In this document: positions 11,441-26,200 of the stretch, piece after piece
How positions within the stretch are numbered: position 1 is the stretch's first letter
How the letters are laid out: every line of letters begins with the position of its first letter
NCBI GenBank assembly: GCA_964057225.1
Contig: CAXKVF010000072.1
Location: 124,001-188,000, forward strand
Source: Auanema rhodensis
Lineage: Eukaryota; Animalia; Nematoda
Direction of reading: 5' to 3'
DNA: 64,000 nt
Translations under genes and position numbers: made by a program
Notes under the pieces: generated by a model
What the model was told of the DNA's origin: nothing
Databases searched by the model: none
Seen by the model: only the letters and a program-made list of their open reading frames with translations

Positions 11441-14432
11441 TTTCACGTGAAGCGAGTTACATACCAAGTGCACATCACGTGTACATTTAATTAGCATAAA
11501 TTAAAGTTCACGTAAATTTCAAAGTCATGGTTACTATGAAGCAATATCAATAAAAATTTGTTTTTAGACTAATATGGACATGGGGAATCTAATTTTGAAA
11601 ACCGCATCTCTTTATCTTTCACGTGAAGCGAGTTACATACCAAGTGCACATCACGTGTACATTTAATTAGCATAAATTAAAGTTCACGTAAATTTCAAAG
11701 TCATGGTTACCATGAAGCAATATCAATAAAAATTTGTTTTTAGACTAATATGGACATGGGGAATCTAATTTTGAAAACCGCATCTCTTTATCTTTCACGT
11801 GAAGCGAGTTACATACCAAGTGCACATCACGTGTACATTTAATTAGCATAAATTAAAGTTCACGTAAATTTTAAAGTCATGGTTACCATGAACCAATATC
11901 AATAAAAACTTGTTTTTAGACTAATATGGACATGGGGAATCTAATTTTGAAAACCGCATCTCTTTATCTTTCACGTGAAGCGAGTTACATACCAAGTGCA
12001 CATCACGTGTACATTTAATTAGCATAAATTAAAGTTCACGTAAATTTCAAAGTCATGGTTACCATGAACCAATATCAATAAAAATTTGTTTTTAGACTAA
12101 TATGGACATGGGGAATCTAATTTTGAAAACCGCATCTCTTTATCTTTCACGTGAAGCGAGTTACATACCAAGTGCACATCACGTGTACATTTAATTAGCA
12201 TAAATTAAAGTTCACGTAAATTTCAAAGTCATGGTTACCATGAACCAATATCAATAAAAATTTGTTTTTAGACTAATATGGACATGAGGAATCTAATTTT
12301 GAAAACCGCATCTCTTTATCTTTCACGTGAAGCGAGTTACATACCAAGTGCACATCACGTGTACATTTAATTAGCATAAATTAAAGTTCACGTAAATTTC
12401 AAAGTCATGGTTACCATGAACCAATATCAATAAAAATTTGTTTTTAGACTAATATGGACATGGGGAATCTAATTTTGAAAACCGCATCTCTTTATCTTTC
12501 ACGTGAAGCGAGTTACATACCAAGTGCACATCACGTGTACATTTAATTAGCATAAATTAAAGTTCACGTAAATTTCAAAGTCATGGTTACCATGCACCAA
12601 TATCAATAAAAATTTGTTTTTAGACTAATATGGACATGGGGAATCTAATTTTGAAAACCGCATTTCTTTATCTTTCACGTGAAGCGAGTTACATACCAAG
12701 TGCACATCACGTGTACATTTAATTAGCATAAATTAAAGTTCACGTAAAATTCAAAGTCATGGTTACCATGAAGCAATATCAATAAAAATTTGTTTTTAGA
12801 CTAATATGGACATGGGGAATCTAATTTTGAAAACCGCATCTCTTTATCTTTCATGTGAAGCGAGTTACATACCAAGTGCACATCACGTGTACATTTAATT
12901 AGCATAAATTAAAGTTCACGTAAATTTTAAAGTCATGGTTACCATGAACCAATATCAATAAAAATTTGTTTTTAGACTAATATGGACATGGGGAATCTAA
13001 TTTTGAAAACCGCATCTCTTTATCTTTCACGTGAAGCGAGTTACATACCAAGTGCACATCACGTGTACATTTAATTAGCATAAATTAAAGTTCACGTAAA
13101 TTTCAAAGTCATGGTTACCATGAACCAATATCAATAAAAATTTGTTTTTAGACTAATATGGACATGGGGAATCTAATTTTGAAAACCGCATCTCTTTATC
13201 TTTCACGTGAAGCGAGTTACATACCAAGTGCACATCACGTGTACATTTAATTAGCATAAATTAAAGTTTACGTAAATTTCAAAGTCATGGTTACCATGAA
13301 CCAATATCAATAAAAATTTGTTTTTAGACTAATATGGACATGGGGAATCTAATTTTGAAAACCGCATTTCTTTATCTTTCACGTGAAGCGAGTTACATAC
13401 CAAGTGCACATCACGTGTACATTTAATTAGCATAAATTAAAAATCACGTAAATTTCAAAGTCATGGTTACCATGCACCAATATCAATAAAAATTTGTTTT
13501 TAGACTAATATGGACATGGGGAATCTAATTTTGAAAACCGCATCTCTTTATCTTTCACGTGAAGCGAGTTACATACCAAGTGCACATCACGTGTACATTT
13601 AATTAGCATAAATTAAAGTTCACGTAAATTTCAAAGTCATGGTTACAATGAACCAATATCAATAAAAATTTGTTTTTAGACTAATATGGACATGGGGAAT
13701 CTAATTTTGAAAACCGCATCTCTTTATCGTTCACGTGAAGCGAGTTACATACCAAGTGCACATCACGTGTACATTTAATTAGCATAAATTAAAGTTCACG
13801 TAAATTTCAAAGTCATGGTTACCATGAACCAATATCAATAAAAATTTGTTTTTAGACTAATATGGACATGGGGAATCTAATTTTGAAAACCGCATCTCTT
13901 TATCTTTCACGTGAAGCGAGTTACATACCAAGTGCACATCACGTGTACATTTAATTAGCATAAATTAAAGTTCACGTAAACTTCAAAGTCATGGTTACCA
14001 TGAAGCAATATCAATAAAAATTTGTTTTTAGACTAATATGGACATGGGGAATCTAATTTTGAAAACCGCATCTCTTTATCTTTCACGTGAAGCGAGTTAC
14101 ATACCAAGTGCACATCACGTGTACATTTAATTAGCATAAATTAAAGTTCACGTAAATTTCAAAGTCATGGTTACCATGCACCAATATCAATAAAAATTTG
14201 TTTTTAGACTAATATGGACATGGGGAATCTAATTTTGAAAACCGCATTTCTTTATCTTTCACGTGAAGCGAGTTACATACCAAGTGCACATCACGTGTAC
14301 ATTTAATTAGCATAAATTAAAGTTCACGTAAAATTCAAAGTCATGGTTACCATGAAGCAATATCAATAAAAATTTGTTTTTAGACTAATATGGACATGGG
14401 GAATCTAATTTTGAAAACCGCATCTCTTTATC

Positions 14433-16544
14433 TTTCACGTGAAGCGAGTTACATACCAAGTGCACATCACGTGTACATTTAATTAGCATAAATTAAAGTT
14501 CACGTAAATTTCAAAGTCATGGTTACAATGAACCAATATCAATAAAAATTTGTTTTTAGACTAATATGGACATGGGGAATCTAATTTTGAAAACCGCATC
14601 TCTTTCTCTTTCACGTGAAGCGAGTTACATACCAAGTGCACATCACGTGTACATTTAATTAGCATAAATTAAAGTTCACGTAAATTTCAAAGTCATGGTT
14701 ACCATGAACCAATATCAATAAAAATTTGTTTTTAGACTAATATGGACATGGGGAATCTAATTTTGAAAACCGCATCTCTTTATCTTTCACGTGAAGCGAG
14801 TTACATACCAAGTGCACATCACGTGTACATTTAATTAGCATAAATTAAAGTTCACGTAAATTTCAAAGTCATGGTTACCATGAACCAATATCAATAAAAA
14901 TTTGTTTTTAGACTAATATGGACATGGGGAATCTAATTTTGAAAACCGCATTTCTTTATCTTTCACGTGAAGCGAGTTACATACCAAGTGCACATCACGT
15001 GTACATTTAATTAGCATAAATTAAAGTTCACGTAAATTTCAAAGTCATGGTTACCATGCACCAATATCAATAAAAATTTGTTTTTAGACTAATATGGACA
15101 TGGGGAATCTAATTTTGAAAACCGCATCTCTTTATCTTTCACGTGAAGCGAGTTACATACCAAGTGCACATCACGTGTACATTTAATTAGCATAAATTAA
15201 AGTTCACGTAAATTTCAAAGTCATGGTTACAATGAACCAATATCAATAAAAATTTGTTTTTAGACTAATATGGACATGGGGAATCTAATTTTGAAAACCG
15301 CATCTCTTTATCTTTCACGTGAAGCGAGTTACATACCAAGTGCACATCACGTGTACATTTAATTAGCATAAATTAAAGTTCACGTAAATTTCAAAGTCAT
15401 GGTTACCATGAACCAATATCAATAAAAATTTGTTTTTAGACTAATATGGACATGGGGAATCTAATTTTGAAAACCGCATCTCTTTATCTTTCACGTGAAG
15501 CGAGTTACATACCAAGTGCACATCACGTGTACATTTAATTAGCATAAATTAAAGTTCACGTAAATTTCAAAGTCATGGTTACAATGAACCAATATCAATA
15601 AAAATTTGTTTTTAGACTAATATGGACATGGGGAATCTAATTTTGAAAACCGCATCTCTTTCTCTTTCACGTGAAGCGAGTTACATACCAAGTGCACATC
15701 ACGTGTACATTTAATTAGCATAAATTAAAGTTCACGTAAATTTCAAAGTCATGGTTACCATGAACCAATATCAATAAAAATTTGTTTTTAGACTAATATG
15801 GACATGGGGAATCTAATTTTGAAAACCGCATCTCTTTATCTTTCACGTGAAGCGAGTTACATACCAAGTGCACATCACGTGTACATTTAATTAGCATAAA
15901 TTAAAGTTCACGTAAATTTCAAAGTCATGGTTACCATGAACCAATATCAATAAAAATTTGTTTTTAGACTAATATGGACATGGGGAATCTAATTTTGAAA
16001 ACCGCATTTCTTTATCTTTCACGTGAAGCGAGTTACATACCAAGTGCACATCACGTGTACATTTAATTAGCATAAATTAAAGTTCACGTAAATTTCAAAG
16101 TCATGGTTACCATGCACCAATATCAATAAAAATTTGTTTTTAGACTAATATGGACATGGGGAATCTAATTTTGAAAACCGCATCTCTTTATCTTTCACGT
16201 GAAGCGAGTTACATACCAAGTGCACATCACGTGTACATTTAATTAGCATAAATTAAAGTTCACGTAAATTTCAAAGTCATGGTTACAATGAACCAATATC
16301 AATAAAAATTTGTTTTTAGACTAATATGGACATGGGGAATCTAATTTTGAAAACCGCATCTCTTTATCTTTCACGTGAAGCGAGTTACATACCAAGTGCA
16401 CATCACGTGTACATTTAATTAGCATAAATTAAAGTTCACGTAAATTTCAAAGTCATGGTTACCATGAACCAATATCAATAAAAATTTGTTTTTAGACTAA
16501 TATGGACATGGGGAATCTAATTTTGAAAACCGCATCTCTTTATC
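14433..16544. repeat. Tandem 6-monomer duplication (1056 bp x2): M83-88 / M89-94
   Basis: ACAATG+TTTCTC, consensus, CATTTC, 99C, ACAATG, consensus, repeated identically. Confidence 0.92.
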
Positions 16545-19500
16545 TTTCACGTGAAGCGAGTTACATACCAAGTGCACATCACGTGTAAATTTAATTAGCA
16601 TAAATTAAAGTTCACGTAAATTTCAAAGTCATGGTTACCATGAACCAATATCAATAAAAATTTGTTTTTAGACTAATATGGACATGGGGAATCTAATTTT
16701 GGAAACCGCATCTCTTTATCTTTCAAGTGAAGCGAGTTACATACCAAGTGCACATCACGTGTACATTTAATTAGCATAAATTAAAGTTCACGTAAATTTC
16801 AAAGTCATGGTTACCATGAACCAATATCAATAAAAATTTGTTTTTAGACTAATATGGACATGGGGAATCTAATTTTGAAAACCGCATCTCTTTATCTTTC
16901 ACGTGAAGCGAGTTACATACCAAGTGCACATCACGTGTACATTTAATTAGCATAAATTAAAGTTCACGTAAACTTCAAAGTCATGGTTACCATGAAGCAA
17001 TATCAATAAAAATTTGTTTTTAGACTAATATGGACATGGGGAATCTAATTTTGAAAACCGCATCTCTTTATCTTTCACGTGAAGCGAGTTACATACCAAG
17101 TGCACATCACGTGTACATTTAATTAGCATAAATTAAAGTTCACGTAAATTTCAAAGTCATGGTTACCATGCACCAATATCAATAAAAATTTGTTTTTAGA
17201 CTAATATGGACATGGGGAATCTAATTTTGAAAACCGCATCTCTTTATCTTTCACGTGAAGCGAGTTACATACCAAGTGCACATCACGTGTAAATTTAATT
17301 AGCATAAATTAAAGTTCACGTAAATTTCAAAGTCATGGTTACCATGAACCAATATCAATAAAAATTTGTTTTTAGACTAATATGGACATGGGGAATCTAA
17401 TTTTGAAAACCGCATCTCTTTATCTTTCACGTGAAGCGAGTTACATACCAAGTGCACATCACGTGTACATTTAATTAGCATAAATTAAAGTTCACGTAAA
17501 TTTCAAAGTCATGGTTACCATGAACCAATATCAATAAAAATTTGTTTTTAGACTAATATGGACATGGGGAATCTAATTTTGAAAACCGCATCTCTTTATC
17601 TTTCACGTGAAGCGAGTTACATACCAAGTGCACATCACGTGTACATTTAATTAGCATAAATTAAAGTTCACGTAAATTTCAAAGTCATGGTTACCATGAA
17701 CCAATATCAATAAAAATTTGTTTTTAGACTAATATGGACATGGGGAATCTAATTTTGAAAACCGCATCTCTTTATCTTTCACGTGAAGCGAGTTACATAC
17801 CAAGTGCACATCACGTGTAAATTTAATTAGCATAAATTAAAGTTCACGTAAATTTCAAAGTCATGGTTACCATGAACCAATATCAATAAAAATTTGTTTT
17901 TAGACTAATATGGACATGGGGAATCTAATTTTGAAAACCGCATTTCTTTATCTTTCACGTGAAGCGAGTTACATACCAAGTGCACATCACGTGTACATTT
18001 AATTAGCATAAATTAAAGTTCACGTAAATTTCAAAGTCATGGTTACCATGAAGCAATATCAATAAAAATTTGTTTTTAGACTAATATGGACATGGGGAAT
18101 CTAATTTTGAAAACCGCATATCTTTATCTTTCACGTGAAGCGAGTTACATACCAAGTGCACATCACGTGTACATTTAATTAGCATAAATTAAAGTTCACG
18201 TAAATTTCAAAGTCATGGTTACCATGAACCAATATCAATAAAAATTTGTTTTTAGACTAATATGGACATGGGGAATCTAATTTTGAAAACCGCATCTCTT
18301 TATCTTTCACGTGAAGCGAGTTACATACCAAGTGCACATCACGTGTACATTTAATTAGCATAAATTAAAGTTCACGTAAATTTCAAAGTCATGGTTACCA
18401 TGCACCAATATCAATAAAAATTTGTTTTTAGACTAATATGGACATGGGGAATCTAATTTTGAAAACCGCATCTCTTTATCTTTCACGTGAAGCGAGTTAC
18501 ATACCAAGTGCACATCACGTGTACATTTAATTAGCATAAATTAAAGTTCACGTAAATTTCAAAGTCATGGTTACCATGCACCAATATCAATAAAAATTTG
18601 TTTTTAGACTAATATGGACATGGGGAATCTAATTTTGAAAACCGCATCTCTTTATCTTTCACGTGAAGCGAGTTACATACCAAGTGCACATCACGTGTAC
18701 ATTTAATTAGCATAAATTTAAGTTCACGTAAATTTCAAAGTCATGGTTACCATGCACCAATATCAATAAAAATTTGTTTTTAGACTAATATGGACATGGG
18801 GGATCTAATTTCGAAAACCGCATCTCTTTATCTTTCACGTGAAGCGAGTTACATACCAAGTGCACATCACGTGTACATTTAATTAGCATAAATTAAAGTT
18901 CACGTAAATTTCAAAGTCATGGTTACCATGAACCAATATCAATAAAAATTTGTTTTTAGACTAATATGGACATGGGTAATCTAATTTTGAAAACCGCATC
19001 TCTTTATCTTTCACGTGAAGCTAGTTACATACCAAGTGCACATCACGTGTACATTTAATTAGCATAAATTAAAGTTCACGTAAATTTCAAAGTCATGGTT
19101 ACCATGAACCAATATCAATAAAAATTTGTTTTTAGACTAATATGGACATGGGGAATCTAATTTTGAAAACCGCATCTCTTTATCTTTCACGTGAAGCGAG
19201 TTACATACCAAGTGCACATCACGTGTAAATTTAATTAGCATAAATTAAAGTTCACGTAAATTTCAAAGTCATGGTTACCATGAACCAATATCAATAAAAA
19301 TTTGTTTTTAGACTAATATGGACATGGGGAATCTAATTTTGAAAACCGCATTTCTTTATCTTTCACGTGAAGCGAGTTACATACCAAGTGCACATCACGT
19401 GTACATTTAATTAGCATAAATTAAAGTTCACGTAAATTTCAAAGTCATGGTTACCATGAAGCAATATCAATAAAAATTTGTTTTTAGACTAATATGGACA

Positions 19501-20240
19501 TGGGGAATCTAATTTTGAAAACCGCATATCTTTATCTTTCACGTGAAGCGAGTTACATACCAAGTGCACATCACGTGTAAATTTAATTAGCATAAATTAA
19601 AGTTCACGTAAATTTCAAAGTCATGGTTACCATGAACCAATATCAATAAAAATTTGTTTTTAGACTAATATGGACATGGGGAATCTAATTTTGAAAACCG
19701 CATCTCTTTATCTTTCACGTGAAGCGAGTTACATATCAAGTGCACATCACGTGTACATTTAATTAGCATAAATTAAAGTTCACGTAAATTTCAAAGTCAT
19801 GGTTACCATTAACCAATATCAATAAAAATTTGTTTTTAGACTAATATGGACATGAGGAATCTAATTTTGAAAACCGCATCTCTTTATCTTTCAAGTGAAG
19901 CGAGTTACATACCAAGTGCACATCACGTGTACATTTAATTAGCATAAATTAAAGTTCACGTAAATTTCAAAGTCATGGTTACCATGAAGCAATATCAATA
20001 AAAATTTGTTTTTAGACTAATATGGACATGGGGAATCTAATTTTGAAAACCGCATCTCTTTATCTTTCACGTGAAGCGAGTTACATACCAAGTGCACATC
20101 ACGTGTACATTTAATTAGCATAAATTTAAGTTCACGTAAATTTCAAAGTCATGGTTACCATGCACCAATATCAATAAAAATTTGTTTTTAGACTAATATG
20201 GACATGGGGGATCTAATTTCGAAAACCGCATCTCTTTATC

Positions 20241-23200
20241 TTTCACGTGAAGCGAGTTACATACCAAGTGCACATCACGTGTACATTTAATTAGCATAAA
20301 TTAAAGTTCACGTAAATTTCAAAGTCATGGTTACCATGAACCAATATCAATAAAAATTTGTTTTTAGACTAATATGGACATGGGTAATCTAATTTTGAAA
20401 ACCGCATCTCTTTATCTTTCACGTGAAGCTAGTTACATACCAAGTGCACATCACGTGTACATTTAATTAGCATAAATTAAAGTTCACGTAAATTTCAAAG
20501 TCATGGTTACCATGCACCAATATCAATAAAAATTTGTTTTTAGACTAATATGGACATGGGGAATCTAATTTTGAAAACCGCATCTCTTTATCTTTCACGT
20601 GAAGCGAGTTACATACCAAGTGCACATCACGTGTACATTTAATTAGCATAAATTAAAGTTCACGTAAATTTCAAAGTCATGGTTACCATGCACCAATATC
20701 AATAAAAATTTGTTTTTAGACTAATATGGACATGGGGAATCTAATTTTGAAAACCGCATCTCTTTATCTTTCACGTGAAGCGAGTTACATACCAAGTGCA
20801 CAGCACGTGTACATTTAATTAGCATAAATTAAAGTTCACGTAAATTTCAAAGTCATGGTTACCATGAACCAATATCAATAAAAATTTGTTTTTAGACTAA
20901 TATGGACATGGGGAATCTAATTTTGAAAACCGTATCTCTTTATCTTTCACGTGAAGCGAGTTACATACCAAGTGCACATCACGTGTACATTTAATTAGCA
21001 TAAATTAAAGTTCACGTAAATTTCAAAGTCATGGTTACCATGAACCAATGTCAATAAAAATTTGTTTTTAGACTAATATGGACATGGGGAATCTAATTTT
21101 GAAAACCGCATCTCTTTATCTTTCACGTGAAGCGAGTTACATACCAAGTGCACATCACGTGTACATTTAATTAGCATAAATTAAAGTTCACGTAAATTTC
21201 AAAGTCATGGTTACCATGAAGCAATATCAATAAAAATTTGTTTTTAGACTAATATGGACATGGGGAATCTAATTTTGAAAACCGCATCTCTTTATCTTTC
21301 ACGTGAAGCGAGTTACATACCAAGTGCACATCACGTGTACATTTAATTAGCATAAATTAAAGTTCACGTAAATTTCAAAGTCATGGTTACCATGAACCAA
21401 TATCAATAAAAATTTGTTTTTAGACTAATATGGACATGGGGAATCTAATTTTGAAAACCGCATCTCTTTATCTTTCACGTGAAGCGAGTTACATACCAAG
21501 TGCACATCACGTGTACATTTAATTAGCATAAATTAAAGTTCACGTAAATTTCAAAGTCATGGTTACCATGAAGCAATATCAATAAAAATTTGTTTTTCGA
21601 CTAATATGGACATGGAGAATCTAATTTTGAAAACCGCATTTCTTTATCTTTCACGTGAAGCGAGTTACATACCAAGTGCACATCACGTGTACATTTAATT
21701 AGCATAAATTAAAGTTCACGTAAATTTCAAAGTCATGGTTACCATGCACCAATATCAATAAAAATTTGTTTTTAGACTAATATGGACATGGGGAATCTAA
21801 TTTTGAAAACCGCATCTCTTTATTTTTCACGTGAAGCGAGTTACATACCAAGTGCACATCACGTGTACATTTAATTAGCATAAATTAAAGTTCACGTAAA
21901 TTTCAAAGTCATGGTTACCATGAACCAATATCAATAAAAATTTGTTTTTAGACTAATATGGACATGGGTAATCTAATTTTGAAAACCGCATCTCTTTATC
22001 TTTCACGTGAAGCGAGTTACATACCAAGTGCACATCACGTGTACATTTAATTAGCATAAATTAAAGTTCACGTAAATTTCAAAGTCATGGTTACCATGCA
22101 CCAATATCAATAAAAATTTGTTTTTAGACTAATATGGACATGGGGAATCTAATTTTGAAAACCGCATCTCTTTATCTTTCACGTGAAGCGAGTTACATAC
22201 CAAGTGCACATCACGTGTACATTTAATTAGCATAAATTAAAGTTCACGTAAATTTCAAAGTCATGGTTACCATGCACCAATATCAATAAAAATTTGTTTT
22301 TAGACTAATATGGACATGGGGAATCTAATTTTGAAAACCGCATCTCTTTATCTTTCACGTGAAGCGAGTTACATACCAAGTGCACAGCACGTGTACATTT
22401 AATTAGCATAAATTAAAGTTCACGTAAATTTCAAAGTCATGGTTACCATGAACCAATATCAATAAAAATTTGTTTTTAGACTAATATGGACATGGGGAAT
22501 CTAATTTTGAAAACCGTATCTCTTTATCTTTCACGTGAAGCGAGTTACATACCAAGTGCACATCACGTGTACATTTAATTAGCATAAATTAAAGTTCACG
22601 TAAATTTCAAAGTCATGGTTACCATGAACCAATGTCAATAAAAATTTGTTTTTAGACTAATATGGACATGGGGAATCTAATTTTGAAAACCGCATCTCTT
22701 TATCTTTCACGTGAAGCGAGTTACATACCAAGTGCACATCACGTGTACATTTAATTAGCATAAATTAAAGTTCACGTAAATTTCAAAGTCATGGTTACCA
22801 TGAAGCAATATCAATAAAAATTTGTTTTTAGACTAATATGGACATGGGGAATCTAATTTTGAAAACCGCATCTCTTTATCTTTCACGTGAAGCGAGTTAC
22901 ATACCAAGCGCACATCACGTGTACATTTAATTAGCATAAATTAAAGTTCACGTAAATTTCAAAGTCATGGTTACCATGAACCAATATCAATAAAAATTTG
23001 TTTTTAGACTAATATGGACATGGGGAATCTAATTTTGAAAACCGCATCTCTTTATCTTTCACGTGAAGCGAGTTACATACCAAGTGCACATCACGTGTAC
23101 ATTTAATTAGCATAAATTAAAGTTCACGTAAATTTCAAAGTCATGGTTACCATGAAGCAATATCAATAAAAATTTGTTTTTCGACTAATATGGACATGGA

Positions 23201-26200
23201 GAATCTAATTTTGAAAACCGCATTTCTTTATCTTTCACGTGAAGCGAGTTACATACCAAGTGCACATCACGTGTACATTTAATTAGCATAAATTAAAGTT
23301 CACGTAAATTTCAAAGTCATGGTTACCATGCACCAATATCAATAAAAATTTGTTTTTAGACTAATATGGACATGGGGAATCTAATTTTGAAAACCGCATC
23401 TCTTTATCTTTCACGTGAAGCGAGTTACATACCAAGTGCACATCACGTGTACATTTAATTAGCATAAATTAAAGTTCACGTAAATTTCAAAGTCATGGTT
23501 ACCATGCACCAATATCAATAAAAATTTGTTTTTAGACTAATATGGACATGGGGAATCTAATTTTGAAAACCGCATCTCTTTATCTTTCACGTGAAGCGAG
23601 TTACATACCAAGTGCACAGCACGTGTACATTTAATTAGCATAAATTAAAGTTCACGTAAATTTCAAAGTCATGGTTACCATGAACCAATATCAATAAAAA
23701 TTTGTTTTTAGACTAATATGGACATGGGGAATCTAATTTTGAAAACCGTATCTCTTTATCTTTCACGTGAAGCGAGTTACATACCAAGTGCACATCACGT
23801 GTACATTTAATTAGCATAAATTAAAGTTCACGTAAATTTCAAAGTCATGGTTACCATGAACCAATGTCAATAAAAATTTGTTTTTAGACTAATATGGACA
23901 TGGGGAATCTAATTTTGAAAACCGCATCTCTTTATCTTTCACGTGAAGCGAGTTACATACCAAGTGCACATCACGTGTACATTTAATTAGCATAAATTAA
24001 AGTTCACGTAAATTTCAAAGTCATGGTTACCATGAAGCAATATCAATAAAAATTTGTTTTTAGACTAATATGGACATGGGGAATCTAATTTTGAAAACCG
24101 CATCTCTTTATCTTTCACGTGAAGCGAGTTACATACCAAGCGCACATCACGTGTACATTTAATTAGCATAAATTAAAGTTCACGTAAATTTCAAAGTCAT
24201 GGTTACCATGAACCAATATCAATAAAAATTTGTTTTTAGACTAATATGGACATGGGGAATCTAATTTTGAAAACCGCATCTCTTTATCTTTCACGTGAAG
24301 CGAGTTACATACCAAGTGCACATCACGTGTACATTTAATTAGCATAAATTAAAGTTCACGTAAATTTCAAAGTCATGGTTACCATGAAGCAATATCAATA
24401 AAAATTTGTTTTTCGACTAATATGGACATGGAGAATCTAATTTTGAAAACCGCATTTCTTTATCTTTCACGTGAAGCGAGTTACATACCAAGTGCACATC
24501 ACGTGTACATTTAATTAGCATAAATTAAAGTTCACGTAAATTTCAAAGTCATGGTTACCATGCACCAATATCAATAAAAATTTGTTTTTAGACTAATATG
24601 GACATGGGGAATCTAATTTTGAAAACCGCATCTCTTTATTTTTCACGTGAAGCGAGTTACATACCAAGTGCACATCACGTGTACATTTAATTAGCATAAA
24701 TTAAAGTTCACGTAAATTTCAAAGTCATGGTTACCATGAAGCAATATCAATAAAAATTTGTTTTTAGACTAATATGGACATGGGGAATCTAATTTTGAAA
24801 ACCGCATCTCTTTATCTTTCACGTGAAGCGAGTTACATACCAAGCGCACATCACGTGTACATTTAATTAGCATAAATTAAAGTTCACGTAAATTTTAAAG
24901 TCATGGTTACCATGAACCAATATCAATAAAAATTTGTTTTTAGACTAATATGGACATGGGGAATCTAATTTTGAAAACCGCATCTCTTTATCTTTCACGT
25001 GAAGCGAGTTACATACCAAGTGCACATCACGTGTACATTTAATTAGCATAAATTAAAGTTCACGTAAATTTCAAAGTCATGGTTACCATGAACCAATGTC
25101 AATAAAAATTTGTTTTTAGACTAATATGGACATGGGGAATCTAATTTTGAAAACCGCATCTCTTTATCTTTCACGTGAAGCGAGTTACATACCAAGTGCA
25201 CATCACGTGTACATTTAATTAGCATAAATTAAAGTTCACGTAAATTTCAAAGTCATGGTTACCATGAAGCAATATCAATAAAAATTTGTTTTTCGACTAA
25301 TATGGACATGGAGAATCTAATTTTGAAAACCGCATTTCTTTATCTTTCACGTGAAGCGAGTTACATACCAAGTGCACATCACGTGTACATTTAATTAGCA
25401 TAAATTAAAGTTCACGTAAATTTCAAAGTCATGGTTACCATGCACCAATATCAATAAAAATTTGTTTTTAGACTAATATGGACATGGGGAATCTAATTTT
25501 GAAAACCGCATCTCTTTATTTTTCACGTGAAGCGAGTTACATACCAAGTGCACATCACGTGTACATTTAATTAGCATAAATTAAAGTTCACGTAAATTTC
25601 AAAGTCATGGTTACCATGAAGCAATATCAATAAAAATTTGTTTTTAGACTAATATGGACATGGGGAATCTAATTTTGAAAACCGCATCTCTTTATCTTTC
25701 ACGTGAAGCGAGTTACATACCAAGCGCACATCACGTGTACATTTAATTAGCATAAATTAAAGTTCACGTAAATTTTAAAGTCATGGTTACCATGAACCAA
25801 TATCAATAAAAATTTGTTTTTAGACTAATATGGACATGGGGAATCTAATTTTGAAAACCGCATCTCTTTATCTTTCACGTGAAGCGAGTTACATACCAAG
25901 TGCACATCACGTGTACATTTAATTAGCATAAATTAAAGTTCACGTAAATTTCAAAGTCATGGTTACCATGAACCAATGTCAATAAAAATTTGTTTTTAGA
26001 CTAATATGGACATGGGGAATCTAATTTTGAAAACCGCATCTCTTTATCTTTCACGTGAAGCGAGTTACATACCAAGTGCACATCACGTGTACATTTAATT
26101 AGCATAAATTAAAGTTCACGTAAATTTCAAAGTCATGGTTACCATGAAGCAATATCAATAAAAATTTGTTTTTAGACTAATATGGACATGGGGAATCTAA

